The notes below the pieces were generated by a model. The model ran no database searches. It was given only the letters and a program-made list of their open reading frames with translations, and had not been told where the DNA came from. A DNA stretch of 58,404 nucleotides from Utricularia gibba. Its lineage: Eukaryota; Plantae; Magnoliophyta. The stretch's first letter is position 1. Each line of letters starts with the position of its first letter. The position numbers and the translations under genes were made by a program. The stretch is taken from positions 1-58,404 of the forward strand of contig NEEC01000060.1 in assembly GCA_002189035.1 (NCBI GenBank), in the 5' to 3' direction. Shown in pieces: positions 39,901 to 54,900 of this stretch.

Positions 39901-42900
39901 ATGCGATCAAGATGGAAAAAAGTCACATGTTACATCATGAATTTCGTGGCATCACTTATCCCAACACTGTTGTATACTCAGGATATGCGTAAATATTTAT
40001 TTTTAACAAATCCGGTGCACGTGTGATTTTTCGGCTGCATCCCGAATGGTGATGCGCAATGAAATGACTATGTCGCACATCCTGGTCCACGAAGCACCTC
40101 TTCGAAAACATGTAGAGCCTTACTCTTCATAGCACACCATTGGGAAGCTTTATTCGTGCTCCAAGTAATATCATATGGAGTTACGTTTTTCCGATAACTG
40201 TGGACATATTAAAAACAACCTCAACGAAAAGTGTCTTCCGTGTCCTTCCTTGGTGGCTGCGTCTAAGAATGTGCTTCTCGTTCTCGACATTGATGCAAAT
40301 GGGATACACGGCAAAAGAATCAAATAGCCACTAGAGACATGGTGTATGGGAATGGTGCATCAAGAATCAGAAGTATCATAGCAACTAATTGAATCAATCA
40401 ACAGCCAAAACATATGGTGTCAAACTTCATCGGATATGCGATCAAGATGGAAAAAAGTCACATGTTACATCATGAATTTCGTGGCATCACTTATCCCAAC
40501 ACTGTTGTATACTCAGGATATGCGTAAATATTTATTTTTAACAAATCCGGTGCACGTGTGATTTTTCGGCTGCATCCCGAATGGTGATGCGCAATGAAAT
40601 GACTATGTCGCACATCCTGGTCCACGAAGCACCTCTTCGAAAACATGTAGAGCCTTACTCTTCATAGCACACCATTGGGAAGCTTTATTCGTGCTCCAAG
40701 TAATATCATATGGAGTTACGTTTTTCCGATAACTGTGGACATATTAAAAACAACCTCAACGAAAAGTGTCTTCCGTGTCCTTCCTTGGTGGCTGCGTCTA
40801 AGAATGTGCTTCTCGTTCTCGACATTGATGCAAATGGGATACACGGCAAAAGAATCAAATAGCCACTAGAGACATGGTGTATGGGAATGGTGCATCAAGA
40901 ATCAGAAGTATCATAGCAACTAATTGAATCAATCAACAGCCAAAACATATGGTGTCAAACTTCATCGGATATGCGATCAAGATGGAAAAAAGTCACATGT
41001 TACATCATGAATTTCGTGGCATCACTTATCCCAACACTGTTGTATACTCAGGATATGCGTAAATATTTATTTTTAACAAATCCGGTGCACGTGTGATTTT
41101 TCGGCTGCATCCCGAATGGTGATGCGCAATGAAATGACTATGTCGCACATCCTGGTCCACGAAGCACCTCTTCGAAAACATGTAGAGCCTTACTCTTCAT
41201 AGCACACCATTGGGAAGCTTTATTCGTGCTCCAAGTAATATCATATGGAGTTACGTTTTTCCGATAACTGTGGACATATTAAAAACAACCTCAACGAAAA
41301 GTGTCTTCCGTGTCCTTCCTTGGTGGCTGCGTCTAAGAATGTGCTTCTCGTTCTCGACATTGATGCAAATGGGATACACGGCAAAAGAATCAAATAGCCA
41401 CTAGAGACATGGTGTATGGGAATGGTGCATCAAGAATCAGAAGTATCATAGCAACTAATTGAATCAATCAACAGCCAAAACATATGGTGTCAAACTTCAT
41501 CGGATATGCGATCAAGATGGAAAAAAGTCACATGTTACATCATGAATTTCGTGGCATCACTTATCCCAACACTGTTGTATACTCAGGATATGCGTAAATA
41601 TTTATTTTTAACAAATCCGGTGCACGTGTGATTTTTCGGCTGCATCCCGAATGGTGATGCGCAATGAAATGACTATGTCGCACATCCTGGTCCACGAAGC
41701 ACCTCTTCGAAAACATGTAGAGCCTTACTCTTCATAGCACACCATTGGGAAGCTTTATTCGTGCTCCAAGTAATATCATATGGAGTTACGTTTTTCCGAT
41801 AACTGTGGACATATTAAAAACAACCTCAACGAAAAGTGTCTTCCGTGTCCTTCCTTGGTGGCTGCGTCTAAGAATGTGCTTCTCGTTCTCGACATTGATG
41901 CAAATGGGATACACGGCAAAAGAATCAAATAGCCACTAGAGACATGGTGTATGGGAATGGTGCATCAAGAATCAGAAGTATCATAGCAACTAATTGAATC
42001 AATCAACAGCCAAAACATATGGTGTCAAACTTCATCGGATATGCGATCAAGATGGAAAAAAGTCACATGTTACATCATGAATTTCGTGGCATCACTTATC
42101 CCAACACTGTTGTATACTCAGGATATGCGTAAATATTTATTTTTAACAAATCCGGTGCACGTGTGATTTTTCGGCTGCATCCCGAATGGTGATGCGCAAT
42201 GAAATGACTATGTCGCACATCCTGGTCCACGAAGCACCTCTTCGAAAACATGTAGAGCCTTACTCTTCATAGCACACCATTGGGAAGCTTTATTCGTGCT
42301 CCAAGTAATATCATATGGAGTTACGTTTTTCCGATAACTGTGGACATATTAAAAACAACCTCAACGAAAAGTGTCTTCCGTGTCCTTCCTTGGTGGCTGC
42401 GTCTAAGAATGTGCTTCTCGTTCTCGACATTGATGCAAATGGGATACACGGCAAAAGAATCAAATAGCCACTAGAGACATGGTGTATGGGAATGGTGCAT
42501 CAAGAATCAGAAGTATCATAGCAACTAATTGAATCAATCAACAGCCAAAACATATGGTGTCAAACTTCATCGGATATGCGATCAAGATGGAAAAAAGTCA
42601 CATGTTACATCATGAATTTCGTGGCATCACTTATCCCAACACTGTTGTATACTCAGGATATGCGTAAATATTTATTTTTAACAAATCCGGTGCACGTGTG
42701 ATTTTTCGGCTGCATCCCGAATGGTGATGCGCAATGAAATGACTATGTCGCACATCCTGGTCCACGAAGCACCTCTTCGAAAACATGTAGAGCCTTACTC
42801 TTCATAGCACACCATTGGGAAGCTTTATTCGTGCTCCAAGTAATATCATATGGAGTTACGTTTTTCCGATAACTGTGGACATATTAAAAACAACCTCAAC

Positions 42901-45900
42901 GAAAAGTGTCTTCCGTGTCCTTCCTTGGTGGCTGCGTCTAAGAATGTGCTTCTCGTTCTCGACATTGATGCAAATGGGATACACGGCAAAAGAATCAAAT
43001 AGCCACTAGAGACATGGTGTATGGGAATGGTGCATCAAGAATCAGAAGTATCATAGCAACTAATTGAATCAATCAACAGCCAAAACATATGGTGTCAAAC
43101 TTCATCGGATATGCGATCAAGATGGAAAAAAGTCACATGTTACATCATGAATTTCGTGGCATCACTTATCCCAACACTGTTGTATACTCAGGATATGCGT
43201 AAATATTTATTTTTAACAAATCCGGTGCACGTGTGATTTTTCGGCTGCATCCCGAATGGTGATGCGCAATGAAATGACTATGTCGCACATCCTGGTCCAC
43301 GAAGCACCTCTTCGAAAACATGTAGAGCCTTACTCTTCATAGCACACCATTGGGAAGCTTTATTCGTGCTCCAAGTAATATCATATGGAGTTACGTTTTT
43401 CCGATAACTGTGGACATATTAAAAACAACCTCAACGAAAAGTGTCTTCCGTGTCCTTCCTTGGTGGCTGCGTCTAAGAATGTGCTTCTCGTTCTCGACAT
43501 TGATGCAAATGGGATACACGGCAAAAGAATCAAATAGCCACTAGAGACATGGTGTATGGGAATGGTGCATCAAGAATCAGAAGTATCATAGCAACTAATT
43601 GAATCAATCAACAGCCAAAACATATGGTGTCAAACTTCATCGGATATGCGATCAAGATGGAAAAAAGTCACATGTTACATCATGAATTTCGTGGCATCAC
43701 TTATCCCAACACTGTTGTATACTCAGGATATGCGTAAATATTTATTTTTAACAAATCCGGTGCACGTGTGATTTTTCGGCTGCATCCCGAATGGTGATGC
43801 GCAATGAAATGACTATGTCGCACATCCTGGTCCACGAAGCACCTCTTCGAAAACATGTAGAGCCTTACTCTTCATAGCACACCATTGGGAAGCTTTATTC
43901 GTGCTCCAAGTAATATCATATGGAGTTACGTTTTTCCGATAACTGTGGACATATTAAAACAAACCTCAACGAAAAGTGTCTTCCGTGTCCTTCATTGGTG
44001 GCTGCGTCTAAGAATGTGCTTCTCGTTCTCGACATTGATGCAAATGGGATACACGGCAAAAGAATCAAATAGCCACTAGAGACATGGTGTATGGGAATGG
44101 TGCATCAAGAATCAGAAGTATCATAGCAACTAATTGAATCAATCAACAGCCAAAACATATGGTGTCAAACTTCATCGGATATGCGATCAAGATGGAAAAA
44201 AGTCACATGTTACATCATGAATTTCGTGGCATCACTTATCCCAACACTGTTGTATACTCAGGATATGCGTAAATATTTATTTTTAACAAATCCGGTGCAC
44301 GTGTGATTTTTCGGCTGCATCCCGAATGGTGATGCGCAATGAAATGACTATGTCGCACATCCTGGTCCACGAAGCACCTCTTCGAAAACATGTAGAGCCT
44401 TACTCTTCATAGCACACCATTGGGAAGCTTTATTCGTGCTCCAAGTAATATCATATGGAGTTACGTTTTTCCGATAACTGTGGACATATTAAAAACAACC
44501 TCAACGAAAAGTGTCTTCCGTGTCCTTCCTTGGTGGCTGCGTCTAAGAATGTGCTTCTCGTTCTCGACATTGATGCAAATGGGATACACGGCAAAAGAAT
44601 CAAATAGCCACTAGAGACATGGTGTATGGGAATGGTGCATCAAGAATCAGAAGTATCATAGCAACTAATTGAATCAATCAACAGCCAAAACATATGGTGT
44701 CAAACTTCATCGGATATGCGATCAAGATGGAAAAAAGTCACATGTTACATCATGAATTTCGTGGCATCACTTATCCCAACACTGTTGTATACTCAGGATA
44801 TGCGTAAATATTTATTTTTAACAAATCCGGTGCACGTGTGATTTTTCGGCTGCATCCCGAATGGTGATGCGCAATGAAATGACTATGTCGCACATCCTGG
44901 TCACTCTTCATAGCACACCATTGGGAAGCTTTATTCGTGCTCCAAGTAATATCATATGGAGTTACGTTTTTCCGATAACTGTGGACATATTAAAAACAAC
45001 CTCAACGAAAAGTAAGAATGTGGTTCTCGACATTGATGCAAATGGGATACATCAAGAAGAGACATGGTGTATGGGAATGGTGCATCAAGAATCAGAAGTA
45101 TCATAGCAACTAATTGAATCAATCAACAGCCAAAACATATGGTGTCAAACTTCATCGGATATGCGATCAAGATGGAAAAAAGTCACATGTTACATCATGA
45201 ATTTCGTGGCATCACTTATCCCAACACTGTTGTATACTCAGGATATGCGTAAATATTTATTTTTAACAAATCCGGTGCACGTGTGATTTTTCGGCTGCAT
45301 CCCGAATGGTGATGCGCAATGAAATGACTATGTCGCACATCCTGGTCCACGAAGCACCTCTTCGAAAACATGTAGAGCCTTACTCTTCATAGCACACCAT
45401 TGGGAAGCTTTATTCGTGCTCCAAGTAATATCATATGGAGTTACGTTTTTCCGATAACTGTGGACATATTAAAAACAACCTCAACGAAAAGTGTCTTCCG
45501 TGTCCTTCCTTGGTGGCTGCGTCTAAGAATGTGCTTCTCGTTCTCGACATTGATGCAAATGGGATACACGGCAAAAGAATCAAATAGCCACTAGAGACAT
45601 GGTGTATGGGAATGGTGCATCAAGAATCAGAAGTATCATAGCAACTAATTGAATCAATCAACAGCCAAAACATATGGTGTCAAACTTCATCGGATATGCG
45701 ATCAAGATGGAAAAAAGTCACATGTTACATCATGAATTTCGTGGCATCACTTATCCCAACACTGTTGTATACTCAGGATATGCGTAAATATTTATTTTTA
45801 ACAAATCCGGTGCACGTGTGATTTTTCGGCTGCATCCCGAATGGTGATGCGCAATGAAATGACTATGTCGCACATCCTGGTCCACGAAGCACCTCTTCGA

Positions 45901-48900
45901 AACATGTAGAGCCTTACTCTTCATAGCACACCATTGGGAAGCTTTATTCGTGCTCCAAGTAATATCATATGGAGTTACGTTTTCCGATAACTGTGGACAT
46001 ATTAAAAACAACCTCAACGAAAAGTGTCTTCCGTGTCCTTCCTTGGTGGCTGCGTCTAAGAATGTGCTTCTCGTTCTCGACATTGATGCAAATGGGATAC
46101 ACGGCAAAAGAATCAAATAGCCACTAGAGACATGGTGTATGGGAATGGTGCATCAAGAATCAGAAGTATCATAGCAACTAATTGAATCAATCAACAGCCA
46201 AAACATATGGTGTCAAACTTCATCGGATATGCGATCAAGATGGAAAAAAGTCACATGTTACATCATGAATTTCGTGGCATCACTTATCCCAACACTGTTG
46301 TATACTCAGGATATGCGTAAATATTTATTTTTAACAAATCCGGTGCACGTGTGATTTTTCGGCTGCATCCCGAATGGTGATGCGCAATGAAATGACTATG
46401 TCGCACATCCTGGTCCACGAAGCACCTCTTCGAAACATGTAGAGCCTTACTCTTCATAGCACACCATTGGGAAGCTTTATTCGTGCTCCAAGTAATATCA
46501 TATGGAGTTACGTTTTTCCGATAACTGTGGACATATTAAAAACAACCTCAACGAAAAGTGTCTTCCGTGTCCTTCCTTGGTGGCTGCGTTAAGAATGTGC
46601 TTCTCGTTCTCGACATTGATGCAAATGGGATACACGGCAAAAGAATCAAATAGCCACTAGAGACATGGTGTATGGGAATGGTGCATCAAGAATCAGAAGT
46701 ATCATAGCAACTAATTGAATCAATCAACAGCCAAAACATATGGTGTCAAACTTCATCGGATATGCGATCAAGATGGAAAAAAGTCACATGTTACATCATG
46801 AATTTCGTGGCATCACTTATCCCAACACTGTTGTATACTCAGGATATGCGTAAATATTTATTTTTAACAAATCCGGTGCACGTGTGATTTTTCGGCTGCA
46901 TCCCGAATGGTGATGCGCAATGAAATGACTATGTCGCACATCCTGGTCCACGAAGCACCTCTTCGAAACATGTAGAGCCTTACTCTTCATAGCACACCAT
47001 TGGGAAGCTTTATTCGTGCTCCAAGTAATATCATATGGAGTTACGTTTTCCGATAACTGTGGACATATTAAAAACAACCTCAACGAAAAGTGTCTTCCGT
47101 GTCCTTCCTTGGTGGCTGCGTCTAAGAATGTGCTTCTCGTTCTCGACATTGATGCAAATGGGATACACGGCAAAAGAATCAAATAGCCACTAGAGACATG
47201 GTGTATGGGAATGGTGCATCAAGAATCAGAAGTATCATAGCAACTAATTGAATCAATCAACAGCCAAAACATATGGTGTCAAACTTCATCGGATATGCGA
47301 TCAAGATGGAAAAAAGTCACATGTTACATCATGAATTTCGTGGCATCACTTATCCCAACACTGTTGTATACTCAGGATATGCGTAAATATTTATTTTTAA
47401 CAAATCCGGTGCACGTGTGATTTTTCGGCTGCATCCCGAATGGTGATGCGCAATGAAATGACTATGTCGCACATCCTGGTCCACGAAGCACCTCTTCGAA
47501 AACATGTAGAGCCTTACTCTTCATAGCACACCATTGGGAAGCTTTATTCGTGCTCCAAGTAATATCATATGGAGTTACGTTTTTCCGATAACTGTGGACA
47601 TATTAAAAACAACCTCAACGAAAAGTGTCTTCCGTGTCCTTCCTTGGTGGCTGCGTCTAAGAATGTGCTTCTCGTTCTCGACATTGATGCAAATGGGATA
47701 CACGGCAAAAGAATCAAATAGCCACTAGAGACATGGTGTATGGGAATGGTGCATCAAGAATCAGAAGTATCATAGCAACTAATTGAATCAATCAACAGCC
47801 AAAACATATGGTGTCAAACTTCATCGGATATGCGATCAAGATGGAAAAAAGTCACATGTTACATCATGAATTTCGTGGCATCACTTATCCCAACACTGTT
47901 GTATACTCAGGATATGCGTAAATATTTATTTTTAACAAATCCGGTGCACGTGTGATTTTTCGGCTGCATCCCGAATGGTGATGCGCAATGAAATGACTAT
48001 GTCGCACATCCTGGTCCACGAAGCACCTCTTCGAAAACATGTAGAGCCTTACTCTTCATAGCACACCATTGGGAAGCTTTATTCGTGCTCCAAGTAATAT
48101 CATATGGAGTTACGTTTTTCCGATAACTGTGGACATATTAAAAACAACCTCAACGAAAAGTGTCTTCCGTGTCCTTCCTTGGTGGCTGCGTCTAAGAATG
48201 TGCTTCTCGTTCTCGACATTGATGCAAATGGGATACACGGCAAAAGAATCAAATAGCCACTAGAGACATGGTGTATGGGAATGGTGCATCAAGAATCAGA
48301 AGTATCATAGCAACTAATTGAATCAATCAACAGCCAAAACATATGGTGTCAAACTTCATCGGATATGCGATCAAGATGGAAAAAAGTCACATGTTACATC
48401 ATGAATTTCGTGGCATCACTTATCCCAACACTGTTGTATACTCAGGATATGCGTAAATATTTATTTTTAACAAATCCGGTGCACGTGTGATTTTTCGGCT
48501 GCATCCCGAATGGTGATGCGCAATGAAATGACTATGTCGCACATCCTGGTCCACGAAGCACCTCTTCGAAAACATGTAGAGCCTTACTCTTCATAGCACA
48601 CCATTGGGAAGCTTTATTCGTGCTCCAAGTAATATCATATGGAGTTACGTTTTCCGATAACTGTGGACATATTAAAAACAACCTCAACGAAAAGTGTCTT
48701 CCGTGTCCTTCCTTGGTGGCTGCGTCTAAGAATGTGCTTCTCGTTCTCGACATTGATGCAAATGGGATACACGGCAAAAGAATCAAATAGCCACTAGAGA
48801 CATGGTGTATGGGAATGGTGCATCAAGAATCAGAAGTATCATAGCAACTAATTGAATCAATCAACAGCCAAAACATATGGTGTCAAACTTCATCGGATAT

Positions 48901-51900
48901 GCGATCAAGATGGAAAAAAGTCACATGTTACATCATGAATTTCGTGGCATCACTTATCCCAACACTGTTGTATACTCAGGATATGCGTAAATATTTATTT
49001 TTAACAAATCCGGTGCACGTGTGATTTTTCGGCTGCATCCCGAATGGTGATGCGCAATGAAATGACTATGTCGCACATCCTGGTCCACGAAGCACCTCTT
49101 CGAAAACATGTAGAGCCTTACTCTTCATAGCACACCATTGGGAAGCTTTATTCGTGCTCCAAGTAATATCATATGGAGTTACGTTTTTCCGATAACTGTG
49201 GACATATTAAAAACAACCTCAACGAAAAGTGTCTTCCGTGTCCTTCCTTGGTGGCTGCGTCTAAGAATGTGCTTCTCGTTCTCGACATTGATGCAAATGG
49301 GATACACGGCAAAAGAATCAAATAGCCACTAGAGACATGGTGTATGGGAATGGTGCATCAAGAATCAGAAGTATCATAGCAACTAATTGAATCAATCAAC
49401 AGCCAAAACATATGGTGTCAAACTTCATCGGATATGCGATCAAGATGGAAAAAAGTCACATGTTACATCATGAATTTCGTGGCATCACTTATCCCAACAC
49501 TGTTGTATACTCAGGATATGCGTAAATATTTATTTTTAACAAATCCGGTGCACGTGTGATTTTTCGGCTGCATCCCGAATGGTGATGCGCAATGAAATGA
49601 CTATGTCGCACATCCTGGTCCACGAAGCACCTCTTCGAAAACATGTAGAGCCTTACTCTTCATAGCACACCATTGGGAAGCTTTATTCGTGCTCCAAGTA
49701 ATATCATATGGAGTTACGTTTTTCCGATAACTGTGGACATATTAAAAACAACCTCAACGAAAAGTGTCTTCCGTGTCCTTCCTTGGTGGCTGCGTCTAAG
49801 AATGTGCTTCTCGTTCTCGACATTGATGCAAATGGGATACACGGCAAAAGAATCAAATAGCCACTAGAGACATGGTGTATGGGAATGGTGCATCAAGAAT
49901 CAGAAGTATCATAGCAACTAATTGAATCAATCAACAGCCAAAACATATGGTGTCAAACTTCATCGGATATGCGATCAAGATGGAAAAAAGTCACATGTTA
50001 CATCATGAATTTCGTGGCATCACTTATCCCAACACTGTTGTATACTCAGGATATGCGTAAATATTTATTTTTAACAAATCCGGTGCACGTGTGATTTTTC
50101 GGCTGCATCCCGAATGGTGATGCGCAATGAAATGACTATGTCGCACATCCTGGTCCACGAAGCACCTCTTCGAAACATGTAGAGCCTTACTCTTCATAGC
50201 ACACCATTGGGAAGCTTTATTCGTGCTCCAAGTAATATCATATGGAGTTACGTTTTTCCGATAACTGTGGACATATTAAAAACAACCTCAACGAAAAGTG
50301 TCTTCCGTGTCCTTCCTTGGTGGCTGCGTCTAAGAATGTGCTTCTCGTTCTCGACATTGATGCAAATGGGATACACGGCAAAAGAATCAAATAGCCACTA
50401 GAGACATGGTGTATGGGAATGGTGCATCAAGAATCAGAAGTATCATAGCAACTAATTGAATCAATCAACAGCCAAAACATATGGTGTCAAACTTCATCGG
50501 ATATGCGATCAAGATGGAAAAAAGTCACATGTTACATCATGAATTTCGTGGCATCACTTATCCCAACACTGTTGTATACTCAGGATATGCGTAAATATTT
50601 ATTTTTAACAAATCCGGTGCACGTGTGATTTTTCGGCTGCATCCCGAATGGTGATGCGCAATGAAATGACTATGTCGCACATCCTGGTCCACGAAGCACC
50701 TCTTCGAAAACATGTAGAGCCTTACTCTTCATAGCACACCATTGGGAAGCTTTATTCGTGCTCCAAGTAATATCATATGGAGTTACGTTTTTCCGATAAC
50801 TGTGGACATATTAAAAACAACCTCAACGAAAAGTGTCTTCCGTGTCCTTCCTTGGTGGCTGCGTCTAAGAATGTGCTTCTCGTTCTCGACATTGATGCAA
50901 ATGGGATACACGGCAAAAGAATCAAATAGCCACTAGAGACATGGTGTATGGGAATGGTGCATCAAGAATCAGAAGTATCATAGCAACTAATTGAATCAAT
51001 CAACAGCCAAAACATATGGTGTCAAACTTCATCGGATATGCGATCAAGATGGAAAAAAGTCACATGTTACATCATGAATTTCGTGGCATCACTTATCCCA
51101 ACACTGTTGTATACTCAGGATATGCGTAAATATTTATTTTTAACAAATCCGGTGCACGTGTGATTTTTCGGCTGCATCCCGAATGGTGATGCGCAATGAA
51201 ATGACTATGTCGCACATCCTGGTCCACGAAGCACCTCTTCGAAAACATGTAGAGCCTTACTCTTCATAGCACACCATTGGGAAGCTTTATTCGTGCTCCA
51301 AGTAATATCATATGGAGTTACGTTTTCCGATAACTGTGGACATATTAAAAACAACCTCAACGAAAAGTGTCTTCCGTGTCCTTCCTTGGTGGCTGCGTCT
51401 AAGAATGTGCTTCTCGTTCTCGACATTGATGCAAATGGGATACACGGCAAAAGAATCAAATAGCCACTAGAGACATGGTGTATGGGAATGGTGCATCAAG
51501 AATCAGAAGTATCATAGCAACTAATTGAATCAATCAACAGCCAAAACATATGGTGTCAAACTTCATCGGATATGCGATCAAGATGGAAAAAAGTCACATG
51601 TTACATCATGAATTTCGTGGCATCACTTATCCCAACACTGTTGTATACTCAGGATATGCGTAAATATTTATTTTTAACAAATCCGGTGCACGTGTGATTT
51701 TTCGGCTGCATCCCGAATGGTGATGCGCAATGAAATGACTATGTCGCACATCCTGGTCCACGAAGCACCTCTTCGAAAACATGTAGAGCCTTACTCTTCA
51801 TAGCACACCATTGGGAAGCTTTATTCGTGCTCCAAGTAATATCATATGGAGTTACGTTTTTCCGATAACTGTGGACATATTAAAAACAACCTCAACGAAA

Positions 51901-54900
51901 AGTGTCTTCCGTGTCCTTCCTTGGTGGCTGCGTCTAAGAATGTGCTTCTCGTTCTCGACATTGATGCAAATGGATACACGGCAAAAGAATCAAATAGCCA
52001 CTAGAGACATGGTGTATGGGAATGGTGCATCAAGAATCAGAAGTATCATAGCAACTAATTGAATCAATCAACAGCCAAAACATATGGTGTCAAACTTCAT
52101 CGGATATGCGATCAAGATGGAAAAAAGTCACATGTTACATCATGAATTTCGTGGCATCACTTATCCCAACACTGTTGTATACTCAGGATATGCGTAAATA
52201 TTTATTTTTAACAAATCCGGTGCACGTGTGATTTTTCGGCTGCATCCCGAATGGTGATGCGCAATGAAATGACTATGTCGCACATCCTGGTCCACGAAGC
52301 ACCTCTTCGAAACATGTAGAGCCTTACTCTTCATAGCACACCATTGGGAAGCTTTATTCGTGCTCCAAGTAATATCATATGGAGTTACGTTTTTCCGATA
52401 ACTGTGGACATATTAAAAACAACCTCAACGAAAAGTGTCTTCCGTGTCCTTCCTTGGTGGCTGCGTTCTAAGAATGTGCTTCTCGTTCTCGACATTGATG
52501 CAAATGGGATACACGGCAAAAGAATCAAATAGCTCACTAGAGACATGGTGTATGGGAATGGTGCATCAAGAATCAGAAGTATCATAGCAACTAATTGAAT
52601 CAATCAACAGCCAAAACATATGGTGTCAAACTTCATCGGATATGCGATCAAGATGGAAAAAAGTCACATGTTACATCATGAATTTCGTGGCATCACTTAT
52701 CCCAACACTGTTGTATACTCAGGATATGCGTAAATATTTATTTTTAACAAATCCGGTGCACGTGTGATTTTTCGGCTGCATCCCGAATGGTGATGCGCAA
52801 TGAAATGACTATGTCGCACATCCTGGTCCACGAAGCACCTCTTCGAAAACATGTAGAGCCTTACTCTTCATAGCACACCATTGGGAAGCTTTATTCGTGC
52901 TCCAAGTAATATCATATGGAGTTACGTTTTTCCGATAACTGTGGACATATTAAAAACAACCTCAACGAAAAGTGTCTTCCGTGTCCTTCCTTGGTGGCTG
53001 CGTCTAAGAATGTGCTTCTCGTTCTCGACATTGATGCAAATGGGATACACGGCAAAAGAATCAAATAGCCACTAGAGACATGGTGTATGGGAATGGTGCA
53101 TCAAGAATCAGAAGTATCATAGCAACTAATTGAATCAATCAACAGCCAAAACATATGGTGTCAAACTTCATCGGATATGCGATCAAGATGGAAAAAAGTC
53201 ACATGTTACATCATGAATTTCGTGGCATCACTTATCCCAACACTGTTGTATACTCAGGATATGCGTAAATATTTATTTTTAACAAATCCGGTGCACGTGT
53301 GATTTTTCGGCTGCATCCCGAATGGTGATGCGCAATGAAATGACTATGTCGCACATCCTGGTCCACGAAGCACCTCTTCGAAAACATGTAGAGCCTTACT
53401 CTTCATAGCACACCATTGGGAAGCTTTATTCGTGCTCCAAGTAATATCATATGGAGTTACGTTTTTCCGATAACTGTGGACATATTAAAAACAACCTCAA
53501 CGAAAAGTGTCTTCCGTGTCCTTCCTTGGTGGCTGCGTCTAAGAATGTGCTTCTCGTTCTCGACATTGATGCAAATGATACACGGCAAAAGAATCAAATA
53601 GCCACTAGAGACATGGTGTATGGGAATGGTGCATCAAGAATCAGAAGTATCATAGCAACTAATTGAATCAATCAACAGCCAAAACATATGGTGTCAAACT
53701 TCATCGGATATGCGATCAAGATGGAAAAAAGTCACATGTTACATCATGAATTTCGTGGCATCACTTATCCCAACACTGTTGTATACTCAGGATATGCGTA
53801 AATATTTATTTTTAACAAATCCGGTGCACGTGTGATTTTTCGGCTGCATCCCGAATGGTGATGCGCAATGAAATGACTATGTCGCACATCCTGGTCCACG
53901 AAGCACCTCTTCGAAAACATGTAGAGCCTTACTCTTCATAGCACACCATTGGGAAGCTTTATTCGTGCTCCAAGTAATATCATATGGAGTTACGTTTTTC
54001 CGATAACTGTGGACATATTAAAAACAACCTCAACGAAAAGTGTCTTCCGTGTCCTTCCTTGGTGGCTGCGTCTAAGAATGTGCTTCTCGTTCTCGACATT
54101 GATGCAAATGGGATACACGGCAAAAGAATCAAATAGCCACTAGAGACATGGTGTATGGGAATGGTGCATCAAGAATCAGAAGTATCATAGCAACTAATTG
54201 AATCAATCAACAGCCAAAACATATGGTGTCAAACTTCATCGGATATGCGATCAAGATGGAAAAAAGTCACATGTTACATCATGAATTTCGTGGCATCACT
54301 TATCCCAACACTGTTGTATACTCAGGATATGCGTAAATATTTATTTTTAACAAATCCGGTGCACGTGTGATTTTTCGGGTGATGCTGCATCCCGAATGGT
54401 GATGCGCAAAGTGAAATGACTATGTCGCACATCCTGGTCCACGAAGCACCTCTTCGAAACATGTAGAGCCTTACTCTTCATAGCACACCATTGAAGCTTT
54501 ATTCGCCATCAAGTCACAACTAATTGAATCAATCAACAGCCAAAACATATGGTGTCAAACTTCATCGGATATGCGATCAAGATGGAAAAAAGTCACATGT
54601 TACATCATGAATTTCGTGGCATCACTTATCCCAACACTGTTGTATACTCAGGATATGCGTAAATATTTATTTTTAACAAATCCGGTGCACGTGTGATTTT
54701 TCGGCTGCATCCCGAATGGTGATGCGCAATGAAATGACTATGTCGCACATCCTGGTCCACGAAGCACCTCTTCGAAAACATGTAGAGCCTTACTCTTCAT
54801 AGCACACCATTGGGAAGCTTTATTCGTGCTCCAAGTAATATCATATGGAGTTACGTTTTCCGATAACTGTGGACATATTAAAAACAACCTCAACGAAAAG

